A stretch of 63,917 bases of DNA, the filler included, from Lenisia limosa (Eukaryota > Protista > Breviatea): the NCBI GenBank assembly GCA_001655205.1. It is 15 parts of 15 records of this genome, joined end to end, with 100 filler letters (N's around TTAATTAATTAA, not from the genome) between each part and the next. Parts side by side here need not be neighbours in the genome. Positions count along the whole stretch, not along the records: positions 33,829 to 36,473 come from LPNZ01008627.1; positions 36,574 to 37,643 come from LPNZ01008697.1; positions 37,744 to 39,371 come from LPNZ01004502.1; positions 39,472 to 43,203 come from LPNZ01009672.1; positions 43,304 to 46,242 come from LPNZ01011139.1; positions 46,343 to 48,998 come from LPNZ01005924.1; 9 more parts are not named here. One strand, given 5' to 3'. Below the pieces are notes generated by a model that saw only the letters and a program-made list of their open reading frames with translations, searched no databases and was not told the origin of the DNA. Positions 33,729 to 46,612 of this stretch are shown here, one piece after another. The position numbers were made by a program, and so were the translations under genes. Numbering within the stretch: the stretch's first letter is position 1; every line of letters starts with the position of its first letter.

Positions 33729-35139
33729 NNNNNNNNNNNNNNNNNNNNNNNNNNNNNNNNNNNNNNNNNNNNTTAATTAATTAANNNNNNNNNNNNNNNN
33801 NNNNNNNNNNNNNNNNNNNNNNNNNNNNTATAGAAAAAAAATCTTTGGGGTATGGGCTCCATTTTCTATACTCCTGTAAGATATAGTTGTTAATAGTGTG
33901 AAGAGGTTGAATAGAGAATTGTAGTGCCGTGTAAAGAGTACAGAAGAAACGGCAAGAAACCTACTTCAAGATGAACTCCAGTTTACCGGACGAATCACAC
34001 AAAAAAATGCAAAAAAAACAATTCAAGCTGGTAAAAATAAAAATAGAAAAAGTGTTTCACCTAGAGAAGAATCCTGGACCCTTGGACACATCCTGACTCA
34101 ATTTCTGGCTTGAAGATGTTTTAAAGCGGGAGTCCACTTATATTGCGAAAACAATGTGTTTTGGAATTTTGCCCGCTTTTCCGTGGAATATTGCAACAAA
34201 TACGCACTTTACTGAGTCAACTCCAAGAGAATTGGAAACATTATTTTTTTCGTTTTCTAGGTATTAACTTTTGTGTCACCCATAGAAATTTGAACATCTT
34301 GGAGTATATTTCAGTCTAAAAGTCAGATAGAATATTTACAAACCAACCAAAACAGGGGAATCAACAATGTTGAAGGAGTAAGAGATTTGATTTTTCCAAT
34401 ATCCCTACTGAAACAAAATGACGAAAGGATCTTCACAAACAGCAAACCCGCTCTCTTCAGCCTCTTTTCGAAACGCCTTTGACTGCAAACCTGTTTCAAT
34501 GAAAATTTTAGAATCAAAACAAAATATATTGCCGCCCAATATAACCCAACAATTACTGGGATCTCCTTTTGGCAACAGAGGAGCTCCCAGACCCGCCTAA
34601 TATCCTTTCGGAATCCTTCATCAGACCTGCAACAATGAGTGTTTCAAATATGACCCACATACCAGAGAAAACTGAGATGAGCTTCATCTAAGAAGACCGT
34701 GATGATGTTCTCTTTCATTGTCCTCATAAAAAAATGTGATTATGTGATAATTGCCTGATAAAAAGTCTCTTAAAAAAAACTCTCATAACTCCAAATGTTG
34801 CTTTCTTTCTTCTTCATTTGGGGATTTGAGACAAATATGCCTACCAACACATTGAAAAATTTTCAATTTAGTTTACTAATCACAATCACTCCCAGTTTAA
34901 ACATTGACATGAAGACTACGGAGAAGAAAAAAATAAATATGCAAATATGCTACCGACACTAAACCCGATTTTTTATAAATTCCAATTTTCAGTCTTTTTT
35001 TCTTGCTTTCTATGTCTCAAAAAATATGGTAAAACATTGAAAATAGTACATAATAACCANNNNNNNNNNNNNNNNNNNNNNNNNNNNNNNNNNNNNNNNN
35101 NNNNNNNNNNNNNNNNNNNNNNNNNTAGTTGGTTTCTTC

Positions 35140-35860
35140 TTGTTCACAACAATTTTCCAAAAAATATTCTTTCTCATTTTTCTTTTCAGCTTTCTCTTTC
35201 TCAATTTTCTTCTTCCTTTCAGCTTTCTCTTTCTCAATTTTCTTCCTCTTTTCAGCTTTCTCTTTCTCAATTTTCTTCTTCTTTTCAGCTTTCACTTTCT
35301 CAATTTTCTTCTTTTCAGCCCTTCCTTTCTTCGCCCTGTGTCTTCTTTGTCTTTTTCTGCTTCTTCTTAGCGGGTTGCTCTCATTTTCTTTCTCGACAGC
35401 AGCGGCAGCGGCTTGATTGAGTCTTCTCTTCCTTCCATCTGCCAACGATTTGGTTCCCTCCAGATTGTTGAAGAGTACCTTAACATCATAAAAAGAATAT
35501 AAAATTATCAATTTATTACATAATCTGTGTACCACCAAGACCTCCAAAAGTTGTGGCAAATCGTTGTTTTCGAATCTTTTCTTGCTTAAAGTCCTCCAAT
35601 TTTGCAACAACCTCATCCTCCTTGATTGTAATAATCTGCTCACCAGGTGCCATTGGTACAACTGCGATTTGCGGTACTCCTTCGGTGATAGGTCCAACGT
35701 CAAGCACCTTCGTCACAATTCCACAGAATGTCTTTGCCAACTGTTGAGAGATTTCAGGGGAATCTGAGGCAGTGAGCTTCTTGAGAGTGTCGGTGGATTC
35801 TTGTGCAAGTAAAACAGCCATAGAAACGGCGNNNNNNNNNNGTGCACGTCACAGCGAGGC
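35140..35860 (-). CDS. Hypothetical protein with Lys/Glu-rich 11-aa repeats
   Basis: Open frames MAVLLAQESTDTLKKL...KQEKIRKQRF and ...KKIEKVKAEKKKKIEKEKAEKRKKIEKEKAE. The exon structure is uncertain. Confidence 0.45.
35183..35320. repeat. 33-bp tandem repeat (~4 units) encoding KAEKKKKIEKE on the minus strand
   Basis: ttttcagctttctctttctcaattttctt.ttc repeated. Confidence 0.85.
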
Positions 35861-36573
35861 GGCTTGGTGTTGAGCGTATTGAAAAATACGATTTGAACTC
35901 AGGGAAAGGTTCACAGACAGATGGTCTCATAAAGGCGGTTCCAGGGGGAACATTCAAGTTGATCTCTGAAAACAAAGCAGTGAGGTATGGAGTAGTCACC
36001 ACATTGTCACGATAAGGGAGTCCAGGTTCGAATTTGTTCAGGAAGATCAGAGCAGGATTGTGGCGGCCATTCTTGGTGAAACCGCAGCATTTCATTGAGG
36101 AAGTTAGAACGGATGTGTCAATGCTATGGAGGGCTTCGGAAATCAACGTGGTAACATGTTCTTCCTTGATAGTAGAGGCTCAACAAGGTTTGGTGCTATG
36201 GAGTCTGGGTTATCTTGGAAATACTGTGAGATCTGATCAGCGAATGGGTATCGTTAGCAGAGATAAACTGGGTCAAATCGGCAGTTGACACCTTGATGCC
36301 GTACTAAATTAAAATAAAAACAGCTAAATCACCAATAAATCAACAACCAATTCCAATTAAAATAAACCAAAAAAAAAAATCTATCATCTGTCAATAGTCA
36401 ACAACACTTTCTTGCTCTTACCTGTTTGGCTTCTTTTGCGATGTTTTGCCCGGCTTTCAGCGCAGATGGATCGNNNNNNNNNNNNNNNNNNNNNNNNNNN
36501 NNNNNNNNNNNNNNNNNTTAATTAATTAANNNNNNNNNNNNNNNNNNNNNNNNNNNNNNNNNNNNNNNNNNNN

Positions 36574-37560
36574 CGGTGAGCTCAGCTTTGATCTCTTCAA
36601 TCATCCGCTTCCTTCGGTCTTCAGGCGTAATTATTGTGATTTTCTCGCGAACAGTCACTGCTTCATACGCAATAGGAACTGTCTGCTTGACATTCTGACG
36701 GTTCGCCCAGGGTAGGACATCGGGGTGGGAATCATAAAAAGCAACCTCAGCTTCTGTCAACTCATCTCTCACCAAAGCTATTGCTTCCCATCCTTGCCGG
36801 GAAATAGCAGGATCTTGAGATTTGGCAACTTTCAGGTGCTGAATGATGATGGGAGTGTTTATCACACAGGAGTAAAGTGCAGAACGGGGTAGAGGGCAAA
36901 GAGGTAAGGAAAATGCGCCTTCGGGATTGGGTAAGTGGGCAGCAAGGCGAGAGGGGTCGATCGTCACTTCATTTTTGCCGCGACTTATTACAATTCTACA
37001 TGATCAGGATGAGTTGCAATATAAAACGCTCTGAAGCATGCTTTCAAGGCGCAGCAGCGATTGTGGGCAGTTTTTGTGACTCCTTCAGGGATTGGTGATG
37101 ATAGTAATTGAATAAGTTCGCTTCTCATTGACCTCTTTGTGGTTCCAAATGTTCGTAAATCCAGTGGCTGTGTCACTTGTGAGGTGTGGGAGGGGAAGAG
37201 GTAAAGGTAAATATGATGATGCAGAAGGTACTCCAGTGCCAAGGCCATAAGGCGAGATACATGTCCGTCAGTGATGAGTGCGGCAGCAGTATCCGGTGGC
37301 AAGTTGAGTTGACGGCGCTTGGCCTCAACTGCAGGGACGAAGTAGTATCCAGGTACAGAATGATTCACCCGTCTGAATTATGAAAAACCGACTAAGTAGA
37401 TATTCTCTATTTATCACCACAAACCTGCCAGTTCGATAACCTTCGCTGAGTTAGTCTCAAGAATTGTTCGCTCTGTCGAAACGGTCTTCTGGCCAAGCAA
37501 AAAGACAGGAGGGACCCTCGCATCATCGATAACAGTAGTGTGAGAGCTAGAAGAGTAAAA
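36574..37560 (-). pseudogene. Decayed pogo/Fot1-type (DDE_1) transposase of the IS630-Tc1-mariner superfamily
   Basis: Motifs in the expected order: RVPPVFLLGQK (cf. LPPxxIFKGK), NSDG* (cf. SxNGW; TGA at the Trp position), AALITDGHVSR (cf. LLILDGHxSH) and LFPSHTSQVTQPLDLRTFG (cf. LPPHTSHxLQPLDxxxFG). There are frameshifts near 37370 and 36990. The scaffold ends before any TIR. Confidence 0.8.
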
Positions 37561-37743
37561 AAAATTGTGATAACTTTACCCCTAGTAACGCTTACCCAAT
37601 TGTGCCAATCAAAGTGATGTGGTTGGGAGGTGTAGGTGCTCTTNNNNNNNNNNNNNNNNNNNNNNNNNNNNNNNNNNNNNNNNNNNNTTAATTAATTAAN
37701 NNNNNNNNNNNNNNNNNNNNNNNNNNNNNNNNNNNNNNNNNNN

Positions 37744-37841
37744 AGCCCTGCATCCCTCCTTCATAGCCCTCCTTCATAGCCCTGCACGACTCCTTCATAG
37801 CCCTGCACGACTCCTTCATAGCCCTGCATCCCTCCTTCATA
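37744..37841. repeat. 21-bp tandem repeat ending just before an acceptor AG
   Basis: agccctgca(cga/tcc)ctccttcat, ~4.5 units. Confidence 0.85.
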
Positions 37842-37847
37842 CTCCAG

Positions 37848-39336
37848 GATCGCCCGACCTTTTCCGCATCGAGGCGACGTTTGTGGCCAAGATGGTGGTC
37901 AAGCTGGCTCACGAGCCTACTCTGGTCTTCTTCAGCAGACTGCTATGTGGCTACTTCTCAGCTCTTTCAACACATAAAGGTGGTTGTTGGGATGATATTG
38001 AGGTATCTCAGACGTTTCCGCCCGAATTATTGTTCAGACCCCGTGCCCAACCCTGTCCCTGGTCAGTTCATTCCCCTGCCTTTTGGAAGGTTTGTCTTAT
38101 TCGGGTTTGTGCTGTTAAGATGCAAATTTGCNNNNNNNNNNNNNNNNNNNNNNNNNNNNNNNNNNNNNNNNNNNNNNNNNNNNNNNNNNNNNNNNNNNNN
38201 NNNNNNNNNNNNNNNNNNNNNNNNNNNNNNNNNNNNNNNNNNNNNNNNNNNNNNNNNNNNNNNNNNNNNNNNNNNTGAGATAGTAGAGTACAATAACATA
38301 CTTGTGTGGCAATTCATGATTTCACCCCACCTCCTCTACAGTTTGCGTCACTGCGACTTGGTTTCCCTCTTCAATGCGTTTTACTACGAACTTGAGCCCC
38401 TGGCGCAAGACCCCTCTATCATCAAGGTGCGACTCCCCCCCCCCCCTTTTTTTTTTAAAAAATTATGTATTGTTTTCAAGACAAGGGAAACAAATATTAC
38501 ACATTAGGACCATATGTCCGGGAAGCTTACGAATGCCACCTAATTCTATATAATATATATGTTCTGACTTTTTAGAATAACCGCGAGAAGACGATCTTCG
38601 CCCCACTGCCTGAAATGCCTGATGATGAAATGCTTGATGATGGTCGGCTTTCAGAGTGGAATGTTCATTTCTTGAGGCGGATAAACCAACNNNNNNNNNN
38701 NNNNNNNNNNNNNNNNNNNNNNNNNNNNNNNNNNNNNNNNNNNNNNNNNNNNNNNNNNNNNNNNTATCAAGATGAATAAGCTAAAAGTGAGTCTTAGTGT
38801 CTCTGCAATTCTTACTACTATATTCTTCCCTTTTTAACCCCCCACCTCTCCCACTGGTTCGTAACTGTTTGATACTTTGTGTTATCTCAGGATTGCTTCT
38901 CTCTTTGTTTATTTTACTCCCCGCCCCCAGCCCGGAGCCGAAATGTTCCCACCCTCCATCCACGCCGATCCTGTTCGCTACATTCCCGAAATGCTGCCTT
39001 TGCCGATTGTCCCAAGGAAACAGAGCGTGGGCGTCTCCTTTTCTTTATACTTTTTTGGAAGCTGTTCTTACAACAAGCAGGCTGTTTTGCCCCGTATGAA
39101 GCAGTCCAAAAAGACCGCATCTACTCCCCAGAAGGCAGAAATTGTCCCCGAAGTATGCGTTTCCCCTTTGGGTATCTATCTCTTTTTGACCAGTTGAACA
39201 ATACAATAGCATCACACACGTCATTGTTTAGAAGGATGCAGCACTTGCTGGTCTCGGCACCCCCACCACAGTTGATGTGGAGATGAAGGATGAGGACATA
39301 TTCGGCATTCTTGAGGCCCTGGATAATATCAAAAAG
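37848..39336 (+). CDS. Multi-exon hypothetical protein (partial)
   Basis: Exons IARPFRIEATFVAKMVVKLAHEPTLVFFSRLLCGYF, LRHCDLVSLFNAFYYELEPLAQDPSIIK, PGAEMFPPSIHADPVRYIPEMLPLPIVPRKQS and DVEMKDEDIFGILEALDNIKK, all AG/GT bounded. Confidence 0.5.
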
Positions 39337-40343
39337 GTACGCGACCGTGGAATAAATTGTTGTGATTTGATNNNNNNNNNNNNNNNNNNNNNNNNNNNNN
39401 NNNNNNNNNNNNNNNTTAATTAATTAANNNNNNNNNNNNNNNNNNNNNNNNNNNNNNNNNNNNNNNNNNNNAATGTACACTAACAACTCAAATTGGACAT
39501 CCTGACACGATTATTAATCCCAATATCCGTGTCAGGACTTATATATACAGTATACTATATACAGTATACTATATGATATATACACTGTTTTGATACTTTG
39601 TGTTATTATAGGGTTTTGTTCAGCTTAAAAACAACCAGCACCCACAGCTCAGAATTGCGTCAGTTTGTTCGTCTACATCGCCGAACTTTTTCCGCAGGCT
39701 TTTTGACCGCAAAACCGACGGACCTGCAGTTGCCGTTCTATGCGAAGTCTAAAGTGGAGGTGAATGGGACTTATCTCAATAAACCCTCGATAAATCCTCA
39801 ATAAATCCTCGATGATTCTTTTCACCAACACACCACTGTGGCTCTAAAGTTCCAAAAAAAGAGAGAATTTCTCGATAAATCCTCGATAAATAACGATATC
39901 TAATGGTCTTTTTCGGACCGCAGGGATAATATACCCACCACTGAAGCAAAAATCCTTTAAAACCTCGATAAACCCTATTTCCCCAGCCTACCACTGAACC
40001 GACGAGACTAGACTTTTCATTGGGTTGAGCTTCCTCCTCCTCGTTATCCTCTTCGTCCTCCTAGCTTGTTATTTTGTCCCAGAAGGTATTTATTCGAAAT
40101 TTCATCCTATAGCTACATTTTATATAGCTATATATTATACTACTATTTCATACCGTCCATATATCTGTGATTTTTCCGTAAGTTTTTTGGTTTTTAAGGA
40201 CTGCTGTTACCTAAATAGTGTCTTTGCTTCTTGTATAAATTGATAAAAATTACTAATGGAAGAAAAACAGACAAAACCCAGACAAAATATTGGGAACATG
40301 GGGAGAAAAAGAAGAAAAACACTGTTTTCATGTTTTTTTTAAA

Positions 40344-40431
40344 ATACCCCACGCTTGGAATCGAACCCAGCACCTCAGGAGTCCAAGACACGATTTTGAG
40401 CTTCCACTGAGAAGAACTGAAACCCCGGGTA
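40344..40431 (-). ncRNA. tRNA-like / SINE-head-like element, copy 2
   Basis: Minus strand: tcagttcttctcagtggaag ... ctgggttcgattccaag (canonical B box GGTTCGATTCC) ... tatttt. Confidence 0.5.
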
Positions 40432-42023
40432 CCCGGTTGCCTTTTCACCTTTTTTTTTTGAAAACCCCCTTTTCAAAAGTTAGTGTATTTTTACTCAAAT
40501 AAGGTTTGAACATCAAAAAAATAAAATTGGCTGAAAATTCCTTTTCTGAGGTTGGTTTGGGGTAAAATTGAAATTATGTTCAGTTATTAATCAAATTTCT
40601 AGAATGATAAACTTGGATCAGCATGTTGGACGCTATACAACTTGGAAAGATATTCCTGAGCCTGTGAAAGTTGCTTATTTAACTGCGCAGTGTGAAAATA
40701 TGAGGCAGCCTTAGCAATTGCTAAAAGTACCAAGGTATGAGTCAATGTTGGAGTNNNNNNNNNNNNNNNNNNNNNNNNNNNNNNNNNNNNNNNNNNNNNN
40801 NNNNNNNNNNNNNNNNNNNNNNNNNNNNNNNNNNNNNNNNNNNNNNNNNNNNNNNNNNNNNNNNNNNNNNNNNNNNNNNNNNNNNNNNNNNNNNNNNNNN
40901 NNNNNNNNNNNNNNNNNNNNNNNNNNNNNNNNNNNNNNNNNNNNNNNNNNNNNNNNNNNNNNNNNNNNNNNNNNNNNNNNNNNNNNNNNNNNNNNNNNNN
41001 NNNNNNNNNNNNNNNNNNNNNNNNNNNNNNNNNNNNNNNNNNNNNNNNNNNNNNNNNNNNNNNNNNNNNNNNNNNNNNNNNNNNNNNNNNNNNNNNNNNN
41101 NNNGTATCCAGAAGTACAGTATACTCTTCTGAATGAATCGATTGAACAGTCATCCATGGACATGCATCGACAAAGGAAATGTCAGGTTACGCCCCATTTC
41201 TTTATGATCACATTGTTTTAGGTGGAGTACACCCTCTTTAACGGGCGGGGTCTACAATCAATTAATCAGAGCAATGAAATATATAAAACATGCATGTACA
41301 GGCTTTGATGGCGTTGAAGCCGATGATAAAGCTGTGGAAGAATGGAAGCTCTTTTTTGCAAGAGAATCAATTATCTCAAACTATATGTCAGTTTGTAGGC
41401 TAATATCTGATAAGTGCCCCAAAGGTTATCAAGAGAAGCTGTTTGCGGAAGAAAATATCACAGCCCGGCCAGGAACTCTCAACCTGTGCATTGATACTCC
41501 TGCTGATATTAGTTTTCAAGAAAACGCCTCAAAACGCGAACAGGCCCAGGCTCGACTGACCTTGCTGAGTGCCCTATTCTGAAGACCCTTGATGATGAAG
41601 TCTCGGTTGCCAAACGAGCTTTTTCTACAGCTGAGCGTGCATGATTACCTCCTGAGGTGTGTACACTCGCTTCATCGGGTGCTGTTGCAGCATTGAACTC
41701 CAAATCCCCTCGACATGTGTGTGATGTCATATGCAAAGTCTCTGCCTTANNNNNNNNNNNNNNNNNNNNNNNNNNNNNNNNNNNNNNNNNNNNNNNNNNN
41801 NNNNNNNNNNNNNNNNNNNNNNNNNNAAAATGAATTTTTTTAAAAATCACAGATATCGGAAAAATCACAGATATATGGACGGTGTGATATATTTTATCTT
41901 ATATATATATTTATATATATACATGTATATATCTATATTATAGCTATTATGTATATACTATATCTAGTATTATACATATGCAAATACACGTATTATATAC
42001 GTATATCATATCATAGTATGATG

Positions 42024-43019
42024 TATCTGAGGACATACCAGTCCAAACACGGCCTGAGCCTCCTGGGGGGACAAGTGCCGACTGATCCGTTTCAGAACGC
42101 CCTTAACTGCATCGGAGGGGATAATCAGGAATACCTGGGGGTGGGGTGATAAGGAATAGAAAAACAAAGCCAAGATATGTAGAACTGAGAAGAAAAAAGC
42201 GCTTGATGATAATTCGTTTTTTGGTACCCCAATGCATTTATTCGTTTACCAGACTTTTAATTCACATATTGCTTGCCCCCCCCCCAAAAAAAAAAACAGC
42301 ATTATTAAATTAATTACCTTGAGCGCGGATTCTCGATCGATTGCAACAGCAATAACAGTAGGACGGAACACCTGGATTNNNNNNNNNNNNNNNNNNNNNN
42401 NNNNNNNNNNNNNNNNNNNNNNNNNNNNNNNNNNNNNNNNNNNNNNNNNNNNNNNNNNNNNNNNNNNNNNNNNNNNNNNNNNNNNNNNNNNNNNNNNNNN
42501 NNNNNNNNNNNNNNNNNNNNNNNNNNNNNNNNNNNNNNNNNNNNNNNNNNNNNNNNNNNNNNNNNNNNNNNNNNNNNNNNNNNNNNNNNNNNNNNNNNNN
42601 NNNNNNNNNNNNNNNNNNNNNNNNNNNTATCTTGATATATACATAGTATACATAATATATTTATCGACTGATTAGGACTTGACTTCGGTTCGGAAAATAT
42701 CAGCAAAATATCGATAGTTTTCGAGGATTTAACGAGAAATTCAGTCTTTTTTCTAACCGTAGTGAAGCCCTACGTATGATATGTATTTGTGCTATAAACA
42801 AATACCCCACTCACCCTCCAGTAGGTGTAGTAGCTCTCAGTAGCGTCAATGTAGACCTCTGTTAATGCGTGGAAGGCCTCGGGGAGAGACGAAATTCCTA
42901 TAGAGTTACCAGGTGAAAATGCCAAATACCAATAAAAACAACGCTGTACCCCCCCCCCTCCACACACACACACATATACACAGACACACACACACACCCA
43001 TACATTCATAATATGATAT

Positions 43020-43050
<31 letters not shown>

Positions 43051-43203
43051 TTCCGTCATTACCATTAGTAACAACAAAACGGTAGTCGTTACTGCTGTAG
43101 ACGGGCAGGTCAGTTGAGTTTGGCGAGATCCACAAACTGGACCCCCCCAGGCCAAGATGCGTGCCTGTGGAGGTGTAGGCTAGGCCAGCCTCCCAGAGCG
43201 GAG
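42024..43203 (-). CDS. Multi-exon hypothetical protein fragment
   Basis: Exon-like frames ARILAWGGSSLWISPNSTDLPVYSSNDYR, PGNSIGISSLPEAFHALTEVYIDATESYYTYW and VFLIIPSDAVKGVLKRISRHLSPQEAQAVFGL. Confidence 0.35.
42675..42770. mobile_element. MITE family A copy (96 bp)
   Basis: TA-ggacttgacttcggttcggaaaa ... gtcttttttctaaccgtagtgaagccc-TA. Confidence 0.85.
42960..43050. repeat. Interrupted (CA)n microsatellite
   Basis: Two CA runs separated by an AT-rich spacer. Confidence 0.9.
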
Positions 43204-43341
43204 NNNNNNNNNNNNNNNNNNNNNNNNNNNNNNNNNNNNNNNNNNNNTTAATTAATTAANNNNNNNNNNNNNNNNNNNNNNNNNNNNNNNNNNNNNNNNN
43301 NNNTTGGCCCTGGGGGGGGGGGGGATCAACCATTGTCATTA

Positions 43342-43420
43342 ACCCCGACTGCGATAAGTCTTGACTGTTCTGCTGTGTGAATTCCCAAGGAAAATCGCTC
43401 AAGACTTATCCCGGTCACTG
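43342..43420. mobile_element. MITE family B copy
   Basis: ...gactgcgataagtcttgac ... ccaaggaaaatcgctcaagacttatcccggtcactg-TA. Confidence 0.8.
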
Positions 43421-43895
43421 TATTCCTTTTCAAACCCGTCTTTTATCATACAGTGTAAACATTCTTCCCCAATATCAGCCTTTTCAACCTCCACCGGCCC
43501 TTTACAAACCTTCTTGAGACTGAGAGAGAATGATGATTCAATTAGTGTTTCCTTAGCACTAATGCCAGCTAAACTTTAATAAAAATATGGCAAAATAGTT
43601 TAAAAACACTACGGTAAAATTATGAGAAATTGACCCCCCCCCNNNNNNNNNNNNNNNNNNNNNNNNNNNNNNNNNNNNNNNNNNNNNNNNNNNNNNNNNA
43701 AAAAATACCAAAATTAAACTCTTGCACAGTTGTGAAAATATTGTCTACCCGGAGTGAAATAACAAAATCGTATTCGCCATACCCCCCCCCCACGCCATCA
43801 TCTTTGCGGCGACGCCAACAAAATAAATCCCGTNNNNNNNNNNNNNNNNNNNNNNNNNNNNNNNNNNNNNNNNNNNNNNNNNNNNNNNNNNNNNN

Positions 43896-45188
43896 GTAGT
43901 GACACTGTCAGCACTGTCGCATTTCATCCGATTGCAGCCGTAGATAGAGCCCCTGTATGGTAAAAGCCATTTGCTAAATAGTGCAGTTGCTGTGATGTGC
44001 AAGCGTTTGATTTGCTACAAATGATTCAGTAAAGGAAGTCGTCCACACCATCACGCTTATGATCATATTAATTCACCTAATTGTCAATCGTGTGAAATTA
44101 TTTTTCAAATTTGGAGTGATACATAATGTCACCAGGACTACTTTTGATACTTTATTTCTAATTATTTCAATTAATTTGCTCAACAAATTATGAGTCCTAC
44201 ATACACATACTATACTACAAATATTGATATCAAACTAGTATATGATATATTATGTATTTTGCCCCCACTCTGAGTAGGCATCAAAGAGAGCCGGACGCTT
44301 CGCCACTCCAGCGGTGAGAGTGGTGATGTTCCGCATGGAGTACACAGGACCTAGGTGGTCACTTATGATGAAGTATAATATGATGGTAATTCACCCACAA
44401 CTCTGTGTATAGCACCCCCTCCCCCAACCAGTAGTAGTACTCTCAGGTGAAACGACATGCCATTCCTCTTCAACACAAACGAACAACTCTGAGCCCTCTC
44501 GCCTTTTGGAGTAAGGAATAAATAATAAAACATTGTTTAAGATCTTGCTGAAATCCAAGATTTGATTAAAGATACTCTCTTTGTGGGATGAGTAACTTGT
44601 TTGGATTCAATACTAGGCAGTGGTATTTTAAAAAAGCGTGTAGTTGCAAAAATTGATCTTAAGTTGATCTCAAAATAGTGTGCCCCCCCCCCCCCCCCCN
44701 NNNNNNNNNNNNNNNNNNNNNNNNNNNNNNNNNNNNNNNNNNNNNNNNNNNNNNNNNNNNNNNNNNNNNNNNNNNNNNNNNNNNNNNNNNNNNNNNNNNN
44801 NNNNNNNNNNNNNNNNNNNNNNNNGAAATCAACTCTGCTGGCTGACAACACACGAGGGTTGATAACAAAAAAAAAACGACATATTTAAAAATTGTCTTCA
44901 TATTCGGAAGAATTAATCGTCCTCTGAGATAGATGCCAGGTAAAAAAAAAAGTATAACCTCTAACGTGTAGAGATAAGAAATAAGCCATCCACACCAGAA
45001 ATATTGGGTTAAATACCATGTCGAAGCTGTCCACAATATTTGATTATATTAATTCACCATAGGTGTATAGTACGAACCTGGACTGTGGAGGTGCGCAGGT
45101 CAGTTGCCAAGGTTTGGCCAGTAGTGGCCAATGATGGCGTGGCCATAGCAGCAGCAATGCAGCTTAGGATGAAGAGTGCGAGCATCAT
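43896..45188 (-). CDS. Probable secreted protein, 5' part
   Basis: First exon 45188-45078 reads MMLALFILSCIAAAMATPSLATTGQTLATDLRTSTVQ (hydrophobic signal-peptide-like start) and ends at a GT. A later exon reads PVYSMRNITTLTAGVAKRPALFDAYS. Confidence 0.45.
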
Positions 45189-45993
45189 CTCTTATTGACT
45201 CGGATATCACCACTGTCCACTTCTCTTTCTCGCGCGTATACCCTGTTTCTCACCTGTTTCTGCTTTTGTCGTTTTTGTCTCTCCTCTGCTCTTTCTCAGT
45301 CTTGTTGACTCAAAGAAAGAAGGCCAGCACAACACTGCAAGATCAAGGATCCACCTTAAAAAACCTAATTTTTCCCTCTTTGTTCCCTCTTTCAATTCTA
45401 GGAAAAAAGTCATACACGTATTTATTCACAATTGTTGGATTTATTAAGTTTACAACAAAGGGATAGAAGGTCAAGAGAGGAACCTTTTCAGCAAAACTCC
45501 CGTTATGAACCTCCAAACCCCCCTTCTCGGGGTGCAACACGCGCCAAATTTAGCAAAACCGACATCACCAGAGGATAGGCACGTATCGGAGGAAGAGCGT
45601 GTGATTCAGTCACTCTCACACCTCAAAGTGAGTTGTGGATTGTGTTGAAATGGCAATGAAAAGGGAGTATCTGACTAACTCTCAATTTTTTTTTAGATAT
45701 TTTTATTGTCTCATATTAATTAACTATCATTCCNNNNNNNNNNNNNNNNNNNNNNNNNNNNNNNNNNNNNNNNNNNNNNNNNNNNNNNNNNNNNNNNNNN
45801 NNNNNNNNNNNNNNNNNNNNNNNNNNNNNNNNNNNNNNNNNNNNNNNNNNNNNNNNNTTTTGCTGTTTGAATCATCTTGTGCTTATATCCAAAAATGTTG
45901 ATTTTGGCGTTTTTTTGTTTCATAATTATCCATTTGTACTTTAAGCTATCTCCTTCTTCTTCTGTACCCTTCCTCTGCTCTTGCTCCTACTAC

Positions 45994-46087
45994 CTCTCTC
46001 TCTAATTGTTTCGTAAGTGTTGGAGATATTGTGTTACTCCATCTCTCTCAAATTGGTTCGTAAGTGTTGGACATATTGTGTTACCCC
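45994..46087. repeat. ~47-bp tandem duplication
   Basis: tctctct..aattg.ttcgtaagtgttgga.atattgtgttac occurs twice. Confidence 0.8.
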
Positions 46088-46350
46088 AGAGTTTTTGTTT
46101 CGCTCTTTGTTTCCCAATTCAGCAACATTGCTTGTTTTTGTTTGTTTGTTTGGAGTTTTAGATTATTCGGTTCGTGATTAGTAACTTTACGCGAATACTC
46201 TTCATCGACATTTCCTTCGTTTTACTCCTCCTCCCCCTGTTTNNNNNNNNNNNNNNNNNNNNNNNNNNNNNNNNNNNNNNNNNNNNTTAATTAATTAANN
46301 NNNNNNNNNNNNNNNNNNNNNNNNNNNNNNNNNNNNNNNNNNCTCTTCTG

Positions 46351-46401
46351 TGATCGCACTCATACTGGTGATCGCACTCATACTTGCGATCGCACTCAGA
46401 C
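46351..46401. repeat. 18-bp tandem repeat x3
   Basis: gatcgcactcatact(ggt/tgc). Confidence 0.8.
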
Positions 46402-46612
46402 TAGGGGACTTATATAGTATAGCTATGTATATGATATGAAAAACAACAAAAACGATAATAGCACTGCCACGAAGAAAAAAAATTGGAAAAAAAAGGGGGG
46501 GGATAAAGTTCAAGTCCGGAATAATTGCAGGAAATAGCAGACATAATGGGCAAAAAAAAACCCCACGATCCACCCCCACCAAAGAATGAAACGTTATTCA
46601 TTCGCTCCACAT

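Noticed and set aside
34060-34600. Second DDE_1-like relic (FWLEDVLK, ILPPNITQQL; also ISEALHSIDTSVLTSSMKCCG at ~36080-36146)
   Set aside because: Only weak motif echoes with stops, and no QPLD or DGH. Not supportable without an HMM search.
37365-37375. TGA at a conserved Trp position of the transposase, suggesting TGA=Trp
   Set aside because: The A20/AN1 gene ends in TGA at the expected position, and the transposase also has frameshifts. A nonsense mutation is simpler.
40599-41221. Long ORFs in the supplied track that span N runs (also at 42232-42706, 56883-57296 and elsewhere)
   Set aside because: Their length comes from X residues across gaps, so they are not evidence of coding.
41274-41750. 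102-aa ORF plus a shifted continuation as a retroelement or TE protein
   Set aside because: No recognisable RT, integrase, gag or transposase motif; left unannotated.
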